Source of the DNA: Phyllobates terribilis
Lineage: Eukaryota
DNA length: 64,000 nucleotides
Direction of reading: 5' to 3'
Assembly (NCBI RefSeq): GCF_046119375.1
Contig: NW_027362769.1
Span: 360,406,001-360,470,000 of the forward strand
Shown piece after piece: positions 12,380-25,476 of this stretch. The notes under the pieces were generated by a model. It made no database searches. It was given only the letters and a program-made list of their open reading frames with translations, and was not told where the DNA came from. A program made the translations under genes and the position numbers. Within the stretch, counting starts at the first letter, position 1; the number at the start of each line of letters is the position of its first letter.

Positions 12380-14496
12380 AAGAAATACTCCTGCAGAGCG
12401 TAATCAAGCTATACGGGCGTACCTGACCTTTTTTTTTTCTTTACTTAAACGAAGCTCACAATACTGAATCAAATGGTTAGCTTTACCACAATAAAGACAC
12501 AATCCCTCGGCGAACCTCCGGTCTCTTTCCTGAGAGGGGAGAGACTTTGCCCTAACCTCCATCGGTTCTCAGCCGTCTGAACAGATTTTCTGGGGGCTAG
12601 GACCTGGCATTATAGGAGTCTTTACCTCATTCTGCCTAAATCTCAGCCTCCTATCCACACAAACAGCTAATTGCATGGCATCCTGCAGAGTCTCAGGTGC
12701 GGGGAATGCAATGAGCAAATCCTTAACCCTTTCACTCAGACCAGCAAGAAATAGACATTTCAGAGCAGGATCATTCCATTTGACTTCTGAAGCCCATCAT
12801 CTAAAGTGTGTGCAATAATTTTCAACATCACCTGACCCCTGATTCAAACGCCTGAGTTCTACCTCAGCAGATGAGATTCGATCAGGATCGTCATATAATA
12901 GACCCATAGCAGAAAAAAATTATTCTACAGACCTTAAGCATGGATCATTAGGTTGGAGAGAAAAGGCCCACCCCTGTGGTTCATTGCGCAAAAGTGACAT
13001 AATAAAACCAACGCGCTGTGATTCATTCCCAGAGGACCTTGGTCTCAAACAAAAATATAACAAACAAGCATTTTTAAAGGAAAAAAAATCTTGCTGTTTA
13101 CCATTAACCCCTTAAGCCCCGGAGCATTTTTCGTTTTTGCATTTTCGTTTTTGCTCCCCTTGTTCCCAGAGCCATAGCGTTTTTATTTTTTGGTCAATAT
13201 GGCCATATGAGGGCTTATTTTTTGTGGGACGAGTTGTACTTTTCAACGCCATTACTAGTTTTATCATATCCTGTACGGGAAAACGGGAAAAAAATTCCAA
13301 GTGCGGTAAAATTGCAAAAAAAGTGCACTACCACAGTTGTTTTTTATTTATTTTTTTTACCATGTTCACTGAATGCTAAAACTGACCTGCCCTTCTTATT
13401 CTACAGGTCATTTCGAGTTCATAGACACCAAACATGTATAGGTTCTTTTATATTTAAGTGGTGAAAAAAAATTCCAAAATTTGGTAAAAAAAAAAAATAA
13501 AAAAATAGCGCCATTTTCTAAGACCCGTAGCGTCTCCATTTTTCGTGATCTGGGGCTGGTTGATGGCTTATTTTTTGCGTGCCAGGCTGACGTTTTTATT
13601 GATAACATTTGAGGTAGATCCGATGTTTTGATCGCCCGTTATTGCATTTTATTGCAAATTTGCGGCGACCAAAAAACGTAATTCTGCCGTTTAGAATTTT
13701 TTTCTCGCTACGCCGTTTACCGATCGGAATAATTCTTTTTTTATATTGATAGATCGCGCGATTCTGAACGATACCAAACATGTGTATGTGGGTTTTTTTT
13801 TTATATATTTTATTTTGAATGGGGCGAAAGGGGGGTGATTTAAACTTTTATATTTTTTTATTTTTTTTTATATTTTTAAAAACTTTTTTTTTTTACGTTT
13901 TGCATGCTTCTATAGTCTCCATAGGAGACTAGAAGCAGCAACTGTCCGATCGCCTCTGCTACATACAGGGGACGAGCAGGTCCCCTGCATGCAGCAGAAA
14001 TGGTCCTGTGCTATGAGCGCCGACCACTAGGTGGCGCTCATAGCGACAAGATCATGACAACCACAGGCGTCTGCTGCAGACCCTGGGTTGTCATGCACGC
14101 CCTTCGGCGACCCGCGATCACGTGACGGGGTCGCCGGTGGGCGGGGCTTATGACGCGCTACCCGGAAGCGCGAGTTAAATGCTGCTGTCGGAGATTGACA
14201 GCAGCATTTAACTGGTTAACAGCCGCGGGTGGATTGCGGGCACATGTCAGCTGTAAGAATCAGCTGACATGTGCTCCGTTCAGTGAGGGCTCAGCGCAGC
14301 AGCCCTCACTGAACGGAGGGTACGCAAATATGCGTACTAATACATCCCCGGGGGTTAAGTGGTTAAAAACATCAGGCAGTCCTACCTTGGGTACCACTAA
14401 ATGTGCTCCAGAACAGCTACTCACGTGTTGCTGGAGCTCGGCCACCTCCAGAGACAATCCCTGCAAGCGTTGAGCCAAAACTTGGACGGAAGCCAT
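12380..14496 (-). pseudogene. Gypsy gag remnant interrupted by a TTAA element
   Basis: ATG at 14496 (MASVQVLAQRLQGLSLEV...LPDVFN) continues at ~13103 (GKQQDFFSFKNAC...). Zinc knuckle CLYCGKANHLIQYC at ~12465-12505. Confidence 0.85.
13108..14362. mobile_element. 1.25-kb non-autonomous TTAA-target (piggyBac-like) element in gag
   Basis: TTAA at 13104-13107 and 14363-14366, TIRs CCCCTTAA / CCACTTAA. Removal restores D-V-F-N-G-K. Confidence 0.88.
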
Positions 14497-14543
14497 ACTG
14501 ATCCCCGAATTTCTTTCCTTTAGTTTCTTTGGGCTGAATTTAC

Positions 14544-14980
14544 TGTTATGATCTGCAACAAGCACTAAGGAAAGAAAGGGGAAAGCTATCCCTACAGTAA
14601 GACTAAGCTGAATCCCTACGATGTAGCGGGCTGCCTGTTCTTTGTGAACAGACCCGCCTTAGTCCTCGGCTAGTCTGAACGAAGACCTATAGCATAAGGG
14701 GAGGGGTCCCTAAAAGAATTAAGGACTTGAACAAAAATGGGACACCTCCTAAACCGATAAGTTGTTGCAGAACACAAAAAGATAAACTGACCAAAGGTAA
14801 TAGAGGTCCCAGAAGGACCAAGCGAACTGACAGAGAAAGGCACCGAAGCACCTCGCTAGCAAAACAGTCAAACAACACTGAAGCCCAGCACAGCCAAAAG
14901 GGCGGAGCTGGACTATAAAGGCAGATGGTAACGTGAACGCAAAACACAAGATGGAAAAAACAAACAGGAGGGATCTAACA
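14544..14980 (-). repeat. 5' LTR of the Gypsy element
   Basis: TGTTA...TAACA; direct repeat of 3515-3962. Confidence 0.93.
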
Positions 14981-15300
14981 AGTGATAAGCAAACATGCTC
15001 ACCACCACTCGGTACTCGCCGAGCATCACTGTGCTCGACATGCTTGCGAGTATTTCCGGGTTGCTCGGGCTGGAGCTCGGGTCTCCTCCCTGCATGTTTG
15101 GCGCTATTTAGATGGTCAAACAACATGCAGGGATTGCTTGCCACACACTGTAATGCCGTAGCCATGTTGGTTGTGGCATTAAAGTGACTGACTGGCCGCA
15201 TAGCATCATCGGGTCTATTTAAGGCCCGTTGACGCTAAGCTTGTCACAGTTTACCCCGGAAACAGGCAGAGTAGGGAGAGCTGCTGCTTTCCCTACTCTG
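14981..15300. mobile_element. Left end of a TAGTGATGAGC-type hAT element, split by the Gypsy insertion
   Basis: T|AGTGA TAAGCAAACATGCTC resembles the terminus at 24419, and the next ~250 bp are similar to 24420-24720. Confidence 0.65.
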
Positions 15301-16699
15301 CCTACTCAGCAGTAGTTCTAATTGCCCCCCCCCCGCAAAAAAAAAAAAGTAAATTATTGTCGAGGTCGCAGAAGAGCAGATCTCACAACTTTCCAGCCAT
15401 TACGTAGTAATTTTTCTCCTGCTGAAGTCCTAGATTCCTCTTTCATTGCCCCATAAAGTGTGATGCCAACAAAAGTGCCCCCAAAAACAGTATGATACCC
15501 CCATGTGAATTCCTCCACATGCACAGTATAATGACGCTACTGTACCCACCTCAACTCCCAGGGTAAAGTATGCTGACCCCAAAACAGTTTGATCCCCCAA
15601 CTTTGACCACCACACAGCCCTCCATCCAGTATAATGGGCCTATATACAGTATAATGGCCCCGCACAAACCTTCAGACTCCACAGGGTATAGTGCACTCGC
15701 CATGGTCCTCCACACAATTTAATGCACTCCCCATGGTCCTCCACACAGTATAATGCACTCCCCATGGTCCTCCACACAGTATATTGCACTGCCCATGGTC
15801 CTGTATGCAGTAGAATGTAGCCCCCCATAGAGTAAAAATGCAGCCCCCACCATAGGGTAAAAATGCAGCCCCCACCATAGGATAAAATGCAGCCCCAGTC
15901 CTCCAGTATTATCAGTACTCACTGATCAAACAGTCCCTCACTACCTTCAAGTCCACACTCACTGTAGCAAAACACACATATTTCTCATCTCTCATATCCT
16001 CCCTGTCTCACAACCCCAAACAACTATTCAACACCTTCAAATCTCTCCCTCATCCCCCAGTGACTCCTCCCTCTCCTCTAATTTCAGCTGAAGACTTTGC
16101 CTCATTCTTCAAGCAGAAGATTAACACCATGAAAAAAAGATTTTGCCTAATGTTCCCACAGCCAGAGCCAGGCTGGAGTACCTGGGACCCACCAGGAAAA
16201 AAAATCAATCTTGGGGCCCACCAGCACAATGCAGTTACCGTATATAAGAATAACATAAGTCCACAAACTCTTTCAAAATGAATCAACTTTATTAACCAAT
16301 AAATAACCAATATAATGAATAAATAACACACTAAAGAAACACTCCTGGCAAAAGAGGAACACTGTTATCTTATTCACATCAGTGTGTGATAAAGTGCCAT
16401 AACAGAACAATAACAATAAATACTTTCAAGGTACATTCTCTTAAAATATGAGAGCCACAAATTGAACCGGCATCTATCTAGCAACCCAGCTGCCAGCATC
16501 ATTGTAGCAGCACCAATCTTGGCCCACTGGGAAAACTTAAAGAATTCTGTAAGCATTTAGGAAGTTTGTATTGCACGTTTTCCTCTCCTCTATAATACAG
16601 TACCATTTAATTGTTAGTGAAAGGCCCAAAACAACAAATAAACACACACTAACAGTCATTCAGCAGCAAAATTACAAAAGTTTTTTTTCAGAACAGAAG

Positions 16700-16950
16700 A
16701 TGACATTGCATACGTATTAATAATGTATCATAGTCTAAGTTCCTTGAAATGTCATACTCAATGTTCAACAGAAGGAGTGACTCTAAAAGTTCCTGTCCAA
16801 TCGAAGACCTCAGACGATTTTTTACAATTTTCAGCTTTGAGAACACTCTTTCACATGAAACCTGGGTGCAAGCAAGTGTAAGAAGTGTCTTGTAAACTGC
16901 AAAAATGTTTGTGTAAGCAGCAGAATGTAAATTGCAGTCATATAAAAGTC
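16700..16950 (-). pseudogene. hAT transposase C-terminal dimerisation-domain remnant
   Basis: LLTLACTQVSCERVFSKLKIVKNRLRSSIGQELLESLLLLNIE in ORF 16688-17005 matches the hAT CERxFSxLKxxKxxLRS motif. Confidence 0.8.
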
Positions 16951-17367
16951 TGTAGTAGCAGGAAAGACAGTTTTTTTGCGGGACGAGTTGTACTTTCAGA
17001 TGCAATAATTTATTTTACCATATAGTGTACAGGGAAATGGGAACAAAAGTTCTAAGTGCAGTAAAATTGCAAAAAAAGTGCAATTACACATTTGTTTATT
17101 GGGTTTTTTAGTCACCATGTTCACTATATGGTAAAACCAACGTGATAGTGTCATGCCTCGGGTCAGTATGTGTTCGTAGTTACCAAACATGTATACCTTT
17201 ACTGGTATCTAAGTGGTGAAAACAAATTCACAAGTTTGAAAAAAAAAATCACACTTTTCGCGCAATGTTCTGCGCATCGTAGTGTTCTCATTTTTTTTGA
17301 TCTGGGGCTGTGTGACAGCTTACTTTTTTGCGTCTTGAGCTGATGTGCATCTCTGCTGCTGTGTAGT

Positions 17368-18592
17368 TGTGGCGCCCCTGCGGGATCAGTCGCCACAGAG
17401 GTACTGCATCTCACCCAGAGGTGTGGTATCTCACTCTCAGGTAAGGATGGAGTACTGCCAGGGACCCTAACAGCTGCATCCAACACATTCCACTTCAGTG
17501 GGGGTAGGGCGAGATTGCTCCTAAGGGAGAGCACAGTCCCTGGTCCCTAGCTGAAAGGTGGAACTATGTAGTGGGTGTGGATGGAGGACGTAGTTCAGGG
17601 GAGCACAGGAAAGGAAGTGATATAAAAGAGGGAACCATCTTGGGAAGTGAGTTCAGCCAGTCAGAGGAGGAAAGTAAGGGGAGCAGAGGCTCTGCAGGAG
17701 TTCTGCTCTGGAGGCGGGCCTAGTGAGAGGCCCAGGACTGAGAGAGGAGAGGGAGCAGGAGAAAGGCTCCAGGAACAGAAGGGATCCCAGGGGTGCGGGC
17801 AGTGCTGGAGGCCACCCGTACGCCCGAATCTCCCAGGCGGTGGAGGGATCGAGCCGCAGAGGGGACCGGCTCCTAAACTAGTGGAGAACTACAAGGCTCA
17901 GCTAGTAACCAGAGGCTGCTGTACTTGTAAGGTGCAGTGGCCACATCCGCAATTATATCACTGAGAAGGTTGCCACAGAGGGTCCAGGGGACTGCAGGTC
18001 GTCCGACAAGATCCGAGGCTACCTGATTGGGAAAATGATTGCGAGGCGCAGGGCAGGAGGGCGAAAGCCAGCGCAGGAAGATGACTGAGGAAGGCACATA
18101 GAAAGGGGTCCTGTCAGGCACTCTTGAACCACCTGAGGGATTGCTGAACCCCTGCCTGGTGAACGCAGCACGATGTGGGAGGTTGTAGTCCGGAACCTGT
18201 AACCTGAGGAACATAATAACTGTGAGTAAACTCGGAAGACTGCACCCCACTGTCTCTGTGATTATTATCTGCGCCATCACCCCTGCACTACAGCGCCCAG
18301 CACAACCTATAACATCTACACTGCCCTGGAACTAAGCTCTACCTGTGGAGAGCCACACCAACTTTGCTGCACTAACATCAGCTCCAGAGGACCTGCTCCG
18401 CAACGGCGGCTCCCTTTAGCCGCATACCACAGGTGGCGCCACAAACTTTATATATAAACTTTAATCCCCTGTAAATAATATTCCCCTTTTTACTGACAGC
18501 CCTGGGTCACGGACCGGGTCGCCGCCACTGTGACATCTCCCCTAGCAACGACCGGCCCGGCACCGAGTACCCTACGGCCTAGCGGTGCATCA
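17368..18592 (+). mobile_element. Solo LTR (1225 bp)
   Basis: TGTGGCGCCCC...GCATCA with 4-bp TSD TAGT. Ends are similar to the LTRs at 25477 and 32703. Confidence 0.8.
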
Positions 18593-18899
18593 TAGTAGTC
18601 ACAACACAGGGAGAGGCTAAACATCCAAGTATTTAATATGTTTTGCAAATAAAGAAAGTTCCCATTCTTAATATCCGAAAAAACAAATGACTGACAACAA
18701 TCCACTATACCTAGAGAAATACCGCCACACCATGACCAAAACACATTCCACCACATAGTGATCAAATACTACCCAGTGCAAGGTATATATACTGCCACAC
18801 CATGAGAAGACCACATATTACCACCACATACACCCTGTCCGAATGATACCACATACAAGGGACAAATACTGCCACGCCATGACCATGGCACATAATGGC

Positions 18900-19810
18900 A
18901 CCAGTCCTGCCTCCAATAATATATACCTGGCAGGAGCCCATACAATCTGCTGCCTCCAATAATATATACCTGACAGGAGCCCATACATTCTCCTGACTCC
19001 AAAAATATTTACCTTGTAGTAGCCCATTGATTCAGCTGCCTCCAATAATATATACCTTACAGAAGCCCAACGATTCTGCTGGCTCCAAAAATATATACCT
19101 GACAGGAGCCCATACATTCTCCTGCCTCCAATAATATATACCTGACAGGAGCCCATAGATTCTGCTGGCTCCAATAATATATACCTGACAGGAGCCCATA
19201 GATTCTGCTGCCTCCAATAATATATACCTGACAGGAGCCCACACATTCTCCTGCCTCCAATAATATATACCTGACAGGAGCCCATAGATTCTGCTGGCTC
19301 CAATAAAATATACCTGACAGGAGCCCATAGATTCTGCTGGCTCCAATAATATATACCTGACAGGAGCCCATAGATTCTGCTGCCTCCAATAATATATACC
19401 TGACAGGAGCCCATACATTCTCCTTCCTCCAAAAATATTTACCTTGTAGTAGCCCATTGATTCAGCTGCCTCCAATAATATATACCTTACAGGAGCCCAA
19501 CGATTCTGCTGGCTCCAAAAATATATACCTGACAGGATCCCATACATTCTCCTGCCTCCAATAATATATACCTGACAGGAGCCCATACATTCTCCTGCCT
19601 CCAATAATATATACCTGACAGAAGCCCATAGATTCTGCTGGCTCCAATAATATATACCTGACAGGAGCCCATAGATTCTGCTGCCTCCATTAATATATAC
19701 CTGACAGGAGCCCATAGATTCTGCTGGCTCCAATAATATATCCCTTACAGGAGCCAGTACATTCTGCTGCCTCCAATAATATATTCCTAGTAGGAGCCCA
19801 TAGATTCTGC
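18900..19810 (+). repeat. 43-bp tandem minisatellite (~21 units)
   Basis: Unit CTGCTG(G/C)CTCCAATAATATATACCTGACAGGAGCCCATAGATT. Confidence 0.92.
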
Positions 19811-20629
19811 TGCCGCTGCCTCGGGCGACGCCGGTCCGACCTCCACAGTGCGCACAGGAAGCATTCCCTGGGAGATGACGTCATCGCCCTGAGACTGACC
19901 TCCTGCGCACGGACCGGCAGTGTTGCACTGCGCATAGGAGGCAGAGGTTCACTGCGGCAGCAGGCAGAGCAGGGAGATCGCTCTCCCTGCTTTGCCGTTG
20001 CAGAGGGCCCATCACTAATCATATCGGCAGTGCTGCCGATATGATTAGCGAACCAGGGGGGCCATCTGTTCTCTTTACAAGGCCCAGGGGTTTAGGGTGT
20101 GGGGCTTGGGGGTGTGGCCATCGCGACCGGGGGCCCACCAGGGGTTTTCTTGATCCTCCGGTGGGCCAGTCCACCTCTGCCCTCAGCCTCTCCCCACATC
20201 TACTCAATCATCCTCCTCCATAACCACGTTCTCTACCTTTACGGAAGATCAACTTTCCTATTTACTTTCCAAATCACACCTCACCACCTGTGAACTTGAC
20301 CCAATCTCGTCCCACCTCATCCCAAACCTTACCACTATCTTCATCCCAACCTTAGCCTACCTTTTCAACTTGTCATCAACAACTGGCGTCTTTCCCTAAT
20401 ACTTCAAACATGCCTCGATCACACCCAACCTCAAAAAGCCCTCCCTTGACCTATCCTCTCTGACTAGCTATCGACCCATAACACTTGTCCCCTATGCCTC
20501 AAAACTACTGGAACAACACGTTCTTTCTGAACTGTCCTCCCACCTCTCCTCCTGCTCCCTCTTCGACCACCTACAATCTGGTTTCTGATCGCACAATTTT
20601 ACTGAAACTGCACTGACTAAAGTCACCAA

Positions 20630-21058
20630 TGTTGTGGTGACTCTTCTTTGTTATTAGGGAGAACATTGGAGTAGACAGCAAAGGGTCTTCACATTGCCAG
20701 TGAGATTCAAATTAAAATACTTCATCGATGAAGGGAGAGAGACAAAATGCATGCAATATGCATTGTCAGCAGGTAGAGTCTTCTGTGTGGCAGCTAAGAC
20801 TCACCACCTTTATTAGCTAGACAAAACGGAACTACAATTGTTACATACAACAGAACAGGAAACCAAAATAGACAATCAGTGATAACACACTTACCTTGGC
20901 CCAATGTAAGCCTTCTTGTCAGGGAATTCACAGGAAACCAATATCTTAGTCAGACATTCCATGATGCAAGTTTAAAGCAGAGGCTTCAGACATAGCAAAA
21001 ATATAAATTGTTTTCCTAAATAAATAATGAAGCTAGATATAAAATATTAACCATAACA
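20630..21058. mobile_element. Solo LTR (429 bp) inserted in the L2 RT
   Basis: TGTT...AACA termini with 4-bp TSD CCAA. Removal restores LTKVTN-DLL. Confidence 0.8.
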
Positions 21059-22019
21059 CCAATGACCTACTAACAGTCAATTCAAGCTACACTACTTTGT
21101 CCTCCTCCTCCTGGACCTGTCATCTGCCTTTGACACAGTGGACCATTCCCTCTTACTCCAGACTCTCTCATCTCTCGGCATCACAGACTTGGCCCTATCC
21201 TGGATCTCCTCATACCTAACAGACCGGACATTCAGTGTCTCCCACTCACATGCCACTTCCTCATCTCACTCTTTATCTGTCGGTGTCCCCCAAGGTTCAG
21301 TTCTAGGACCTTTACTCTTCTCCATCTACACCTTAGGCCTGGGACAGTTTATGGAGTCTCACAACTTTCACCTCTATGCCGACGACACACAAATCTACCT
21401 CTCTGGACACGATATCTCCTCCCTACTAACCAAAATCCAACAATGTCTGTCCGCTATTTCATCCTTATTCTCTGCTAGATTTCAAAAACTTAACATGGAC
21501 AAAACAGAATTCATCATCTTACCCCATCTCAACCCCTCAACAAGCCTACAACCTGCAGTAACCCTCGCTCCACCATACCACTCCACTACCAGCCCTACCC
21601 TCACCTACTGTATCCTCACCCATCCCTTGTAGATTGTGAGCCCTCGTGGGCAGGGTCCTTGCTCCTCCTGTACCAGTCGCTGTCACGTTTTGTTCAAGAT
21701 TATTGTAATTGTTTTTGCTATTTATTCCCATTTCTTCACATGTAATGCGCCATGGAATAAATGGCAATATAATAAATAATAATATTAATTTAAAATAAAT
21801 AAAAAATAAATACATATATACCGCTCCTCATTCTCTGCTGCTTCCGTCTCTCTCATCACCTCAGCGGCTGCCAGCTCCACTCTCTGACACAGCGTGGTGC
21901 GTCATCATGCCGCTGTGTAAGACGTAGAGGAGGAATGATGGGAGAGGGAGTGTCACATGACTCAGAGAAAAATAGGTTTACAACACAGGACCCAGCCTGC
22001 CTCTTCATCCTTCATATAT

Positions 22020-22280
22020 GCAGACATGTGCGCACACACACAGTACGCAGACATGCAGACACACACACACAGTACACAGACATACACATACACACACAGT
22101 ACACAGATATGCAATCACACGGTAAGCATACATACACACACATGCACATGGTACACAGATATGTACACATACAATAAACAGACATGTGCATACAGGCATA
22201 CGTACATATTTGAACACATTCTTAAAAACACATAAAACAGACATAAATATTTATACACAGTCATACACACACACACACGT
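22020..22280 (+). repeat. (CA)-rich degenerate microsatellite
   Basis: Direct inspection. Confidence 0.8.
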
Positions 22281-22487
22281 TAGAATTATTTTTATTATGG
22301 GGTTTGGGGAAGCCGGCAACTAACCTCACTCACCTGCCTCGGTCTGAGTCCTGTCCAGCAACTCCTCAGGCATGTGTCAGTGCAATGCTGCTGGCGTGTC
22401 ACAGATATGACCCTGGACCATCAGGGGCGCCCACCCGCCATCTGGCCCGGACCGCTTCCACGGCATCTGTGTAGGACTACTGGCACT

Positions 22488-22683
22488 GCTTGATTGCCGG
22501 CAGTTCACCTGACATGGCCATGCGCAGTGCACTGTGAGGCTGTGTCTGGTAGTAATGATGTGGTGGGGCGATGCACAAGCACAATTATAGGCGCAGTGTC
22601 GCCCCTGCCGTGTCATTACTGGCAGACACAGCCGCACAGTGCACTGTGCATAGCCTTGTCAGGTGAAGTGCCGGTAATCAAGC
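22488..22683. repeat. Imperfect inverted repeat (~80-bp arms, ~27-nt loop), MITE-like
   Basis: GCTTGATTGCCGGCAGTTCACCTGAC... pairs with ...GTCAGGTGAAGTGCCGGTAATCAAGC. Confidence 0.75.
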
Positions 22684-22857
22684 AACGCCAGAGGTCCTGC
22701 ACAGATTAAATGAGTCCTCTGCAGCAAATCATACAGTGGAGCAAGGATCGTGTACACAGATAGATCTATATACTGTCTGGTACACAGGTGTCAGCATACC
22801 CCAGTGTGGACCATCGCCTGCTATCTGCGGTGTGGGCTCCTATGAGGAGAATGTGGT

Positions 22858-22873
22858 GGCTCTTAGAAGAGCC
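22858..22873 (-). terminator. Histone 3' stem-loop of the H2A pseudogene (GGCTCTTCTAAGAGCC)
   Basis: Canonical 6-bp stem and 4-nt loop, preceded by AAA and followed by ACCA. Confidence 0.9.
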
Positions 22874-22907
22874 TTTGGTTGTTCTGACAGATGTGGAGGA
22901 GCGGCGC

Positions 22908-24089
<1,182 letters not shown>

Positions 24090-24418
24090 TGACCACATAG
24101 CCCGGGTCTCTGTCTAGTGACAGGGTAAATAGCAGGTGGCGCAAGTAGAAGTGAAGGCTAAGAGCTAACGAAGAAGATGACGAGAAAACTGGGGCTGCTT
24201 CTGGGTTCTCCTTCACAGCTCAGCACTTTCACCAATGCCCTTGTGATTTCAGATGGAAGTTAAGTGACTTATTTAAGCCCTTGCTCCTCAGATCTGACTC
24301 CTTTTCGTCTCATTTCTATTTTAGGAATTGATTCGGTTTAGTTTCTCTAAATAATGAAATTACTTCACTGTTTTATGAAAGGTGATGATTACATGAGATT
24401 GTGGTCGGTGGAGTTTAT

Positions 24419-24724
24419 TAGTGATGAGCAGCATGCTCACCATTATTCGTTACGAGCTCGAGATGCTCGTTGCTGGCGAGTATTTTTTGAATGTTCGGGA
24501 GCTTGAATCGCTGCCCCGCATGTTTGGTGCATATTATACAGCCAATTACCATGCAGGGGTTGCGTGACAGTCAATGTCATGCCATAGCCAAGTTGGTTGT
24601 GGCATTACAGTGACTGGCTGGCCGCACAGCGTCATCAGGTTTATATCAGACCTGGCGCTGCCATGCTCGTCACAGTCACTACGGAATCAGACAGTGTAGG
24701 GATAGCTGTTGCTGAGCTAGGGAG
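24419..24724. mobile_element. Left end of a TAGTGATGAGC-type hAT element
   Basis: TAGTGATGAGC terminus with CTCGAG/GCTCG subterminal motifs; similar to 14981-15300. Confidence 0.6.
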
Positions 24725-25476
24725 TAGTGATGAGTGAGCACTAAAATGCTCGAGTACTCGTTGCTCGGGTTGAGCAAATTGGAATACTCGGGTGCTTGAC
24801 CCGAGCAATGAGCCCAATGTAATTCCATAGAAAACTCGAGCATTTTTCAGGCTGCTCCCCCCGGTGGTTTGCAGAGGGCCTAAAAATTGCCCAAATCGAA
24901 CAGTGCTCAAATGACATGGGAACAGCATGGGGAAGACCCCTGGAAGCATTTCTGACTCCCAGGTCACTGCTGTCAACAACGTTTTCAGAGTATTACGCCA
25001 CTTTTACGGATTCACAATAAAACATACAAAAGCAAAAGGAAAATGGATTTTCCTGGGAAATATATTAAGGAACATTCTTTCCAGGGTAATGACTTGTATA
25101 TAAGGCAAATTAAATAACCAAAACCAAAAATACTCCTCCACACCTTGGGCTATATTCAAACGTAGCATTTTTTATGCGTTTTTGCACTTTTGCATTGCTT
25201 TCAACAAAGACAAATGCATTCACTGGGAAATGTCATTTTAACATTTTACAACCTTATCTGGCCATGTGGTGTGTGACACATCATCAGACACATGCATACA
25301 GTGCTGAAAAGACATGGGAACAGCATGGGGAAGACCTTTGGAACCATTTCTGACTCCCAGGTCACTGCCTAAAAGTGTGCCCATCATAAGTGATAAGATG
25401 CCTCCCGCCATGCACCTGTCGTTGCAGACTTGCAACAATCACCGTCCATGTCCTTGTCCCAGTGCAGCGTTCAGTT

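Larger units (their letters stand above)
3515..14980 (-). mobile_element. Full-length, inactivated Ty3/Gypsy LTR retrotransposon (chromovirus type) with nested insertions
   Basis: Two ~440-bp LTRs (3515-3962, 14544-14980) and 5-bp TSD AGTGA (3510-3514, 14981-14985). PPT next to the 3' LTR. gag (CX2CX4HX4C), protease, RT (YLDD), RNase H, integrase and chromodomain lie in Gypsy order on the minus strand. Confidence 0.95.
16163..20179 (-). mobile_element. Internally deleted hAT DNA transposon inserted in the L2
   Basis: Imperfect TIRs CAGAGCCAGGCTGG / CCAGTCCACCTCTG, 8-bp TSD CCCACAGC / CCCTCAGC, and a transposase C-terminal remnant. Confidence 0.8.
15905..21790 (+). mobile_element. Fragmented L2/CR1-group LINE (ORF2 pieces ~15905-16160, ~20180-20629, ~21059-21520; 3' UTR to ~21790)
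   Basis: ORF2-like peptides [41 protein letters not shown] and YADDTQIYL. 3' end terminates in a (TAA)n tail. Confidence 0.85.
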
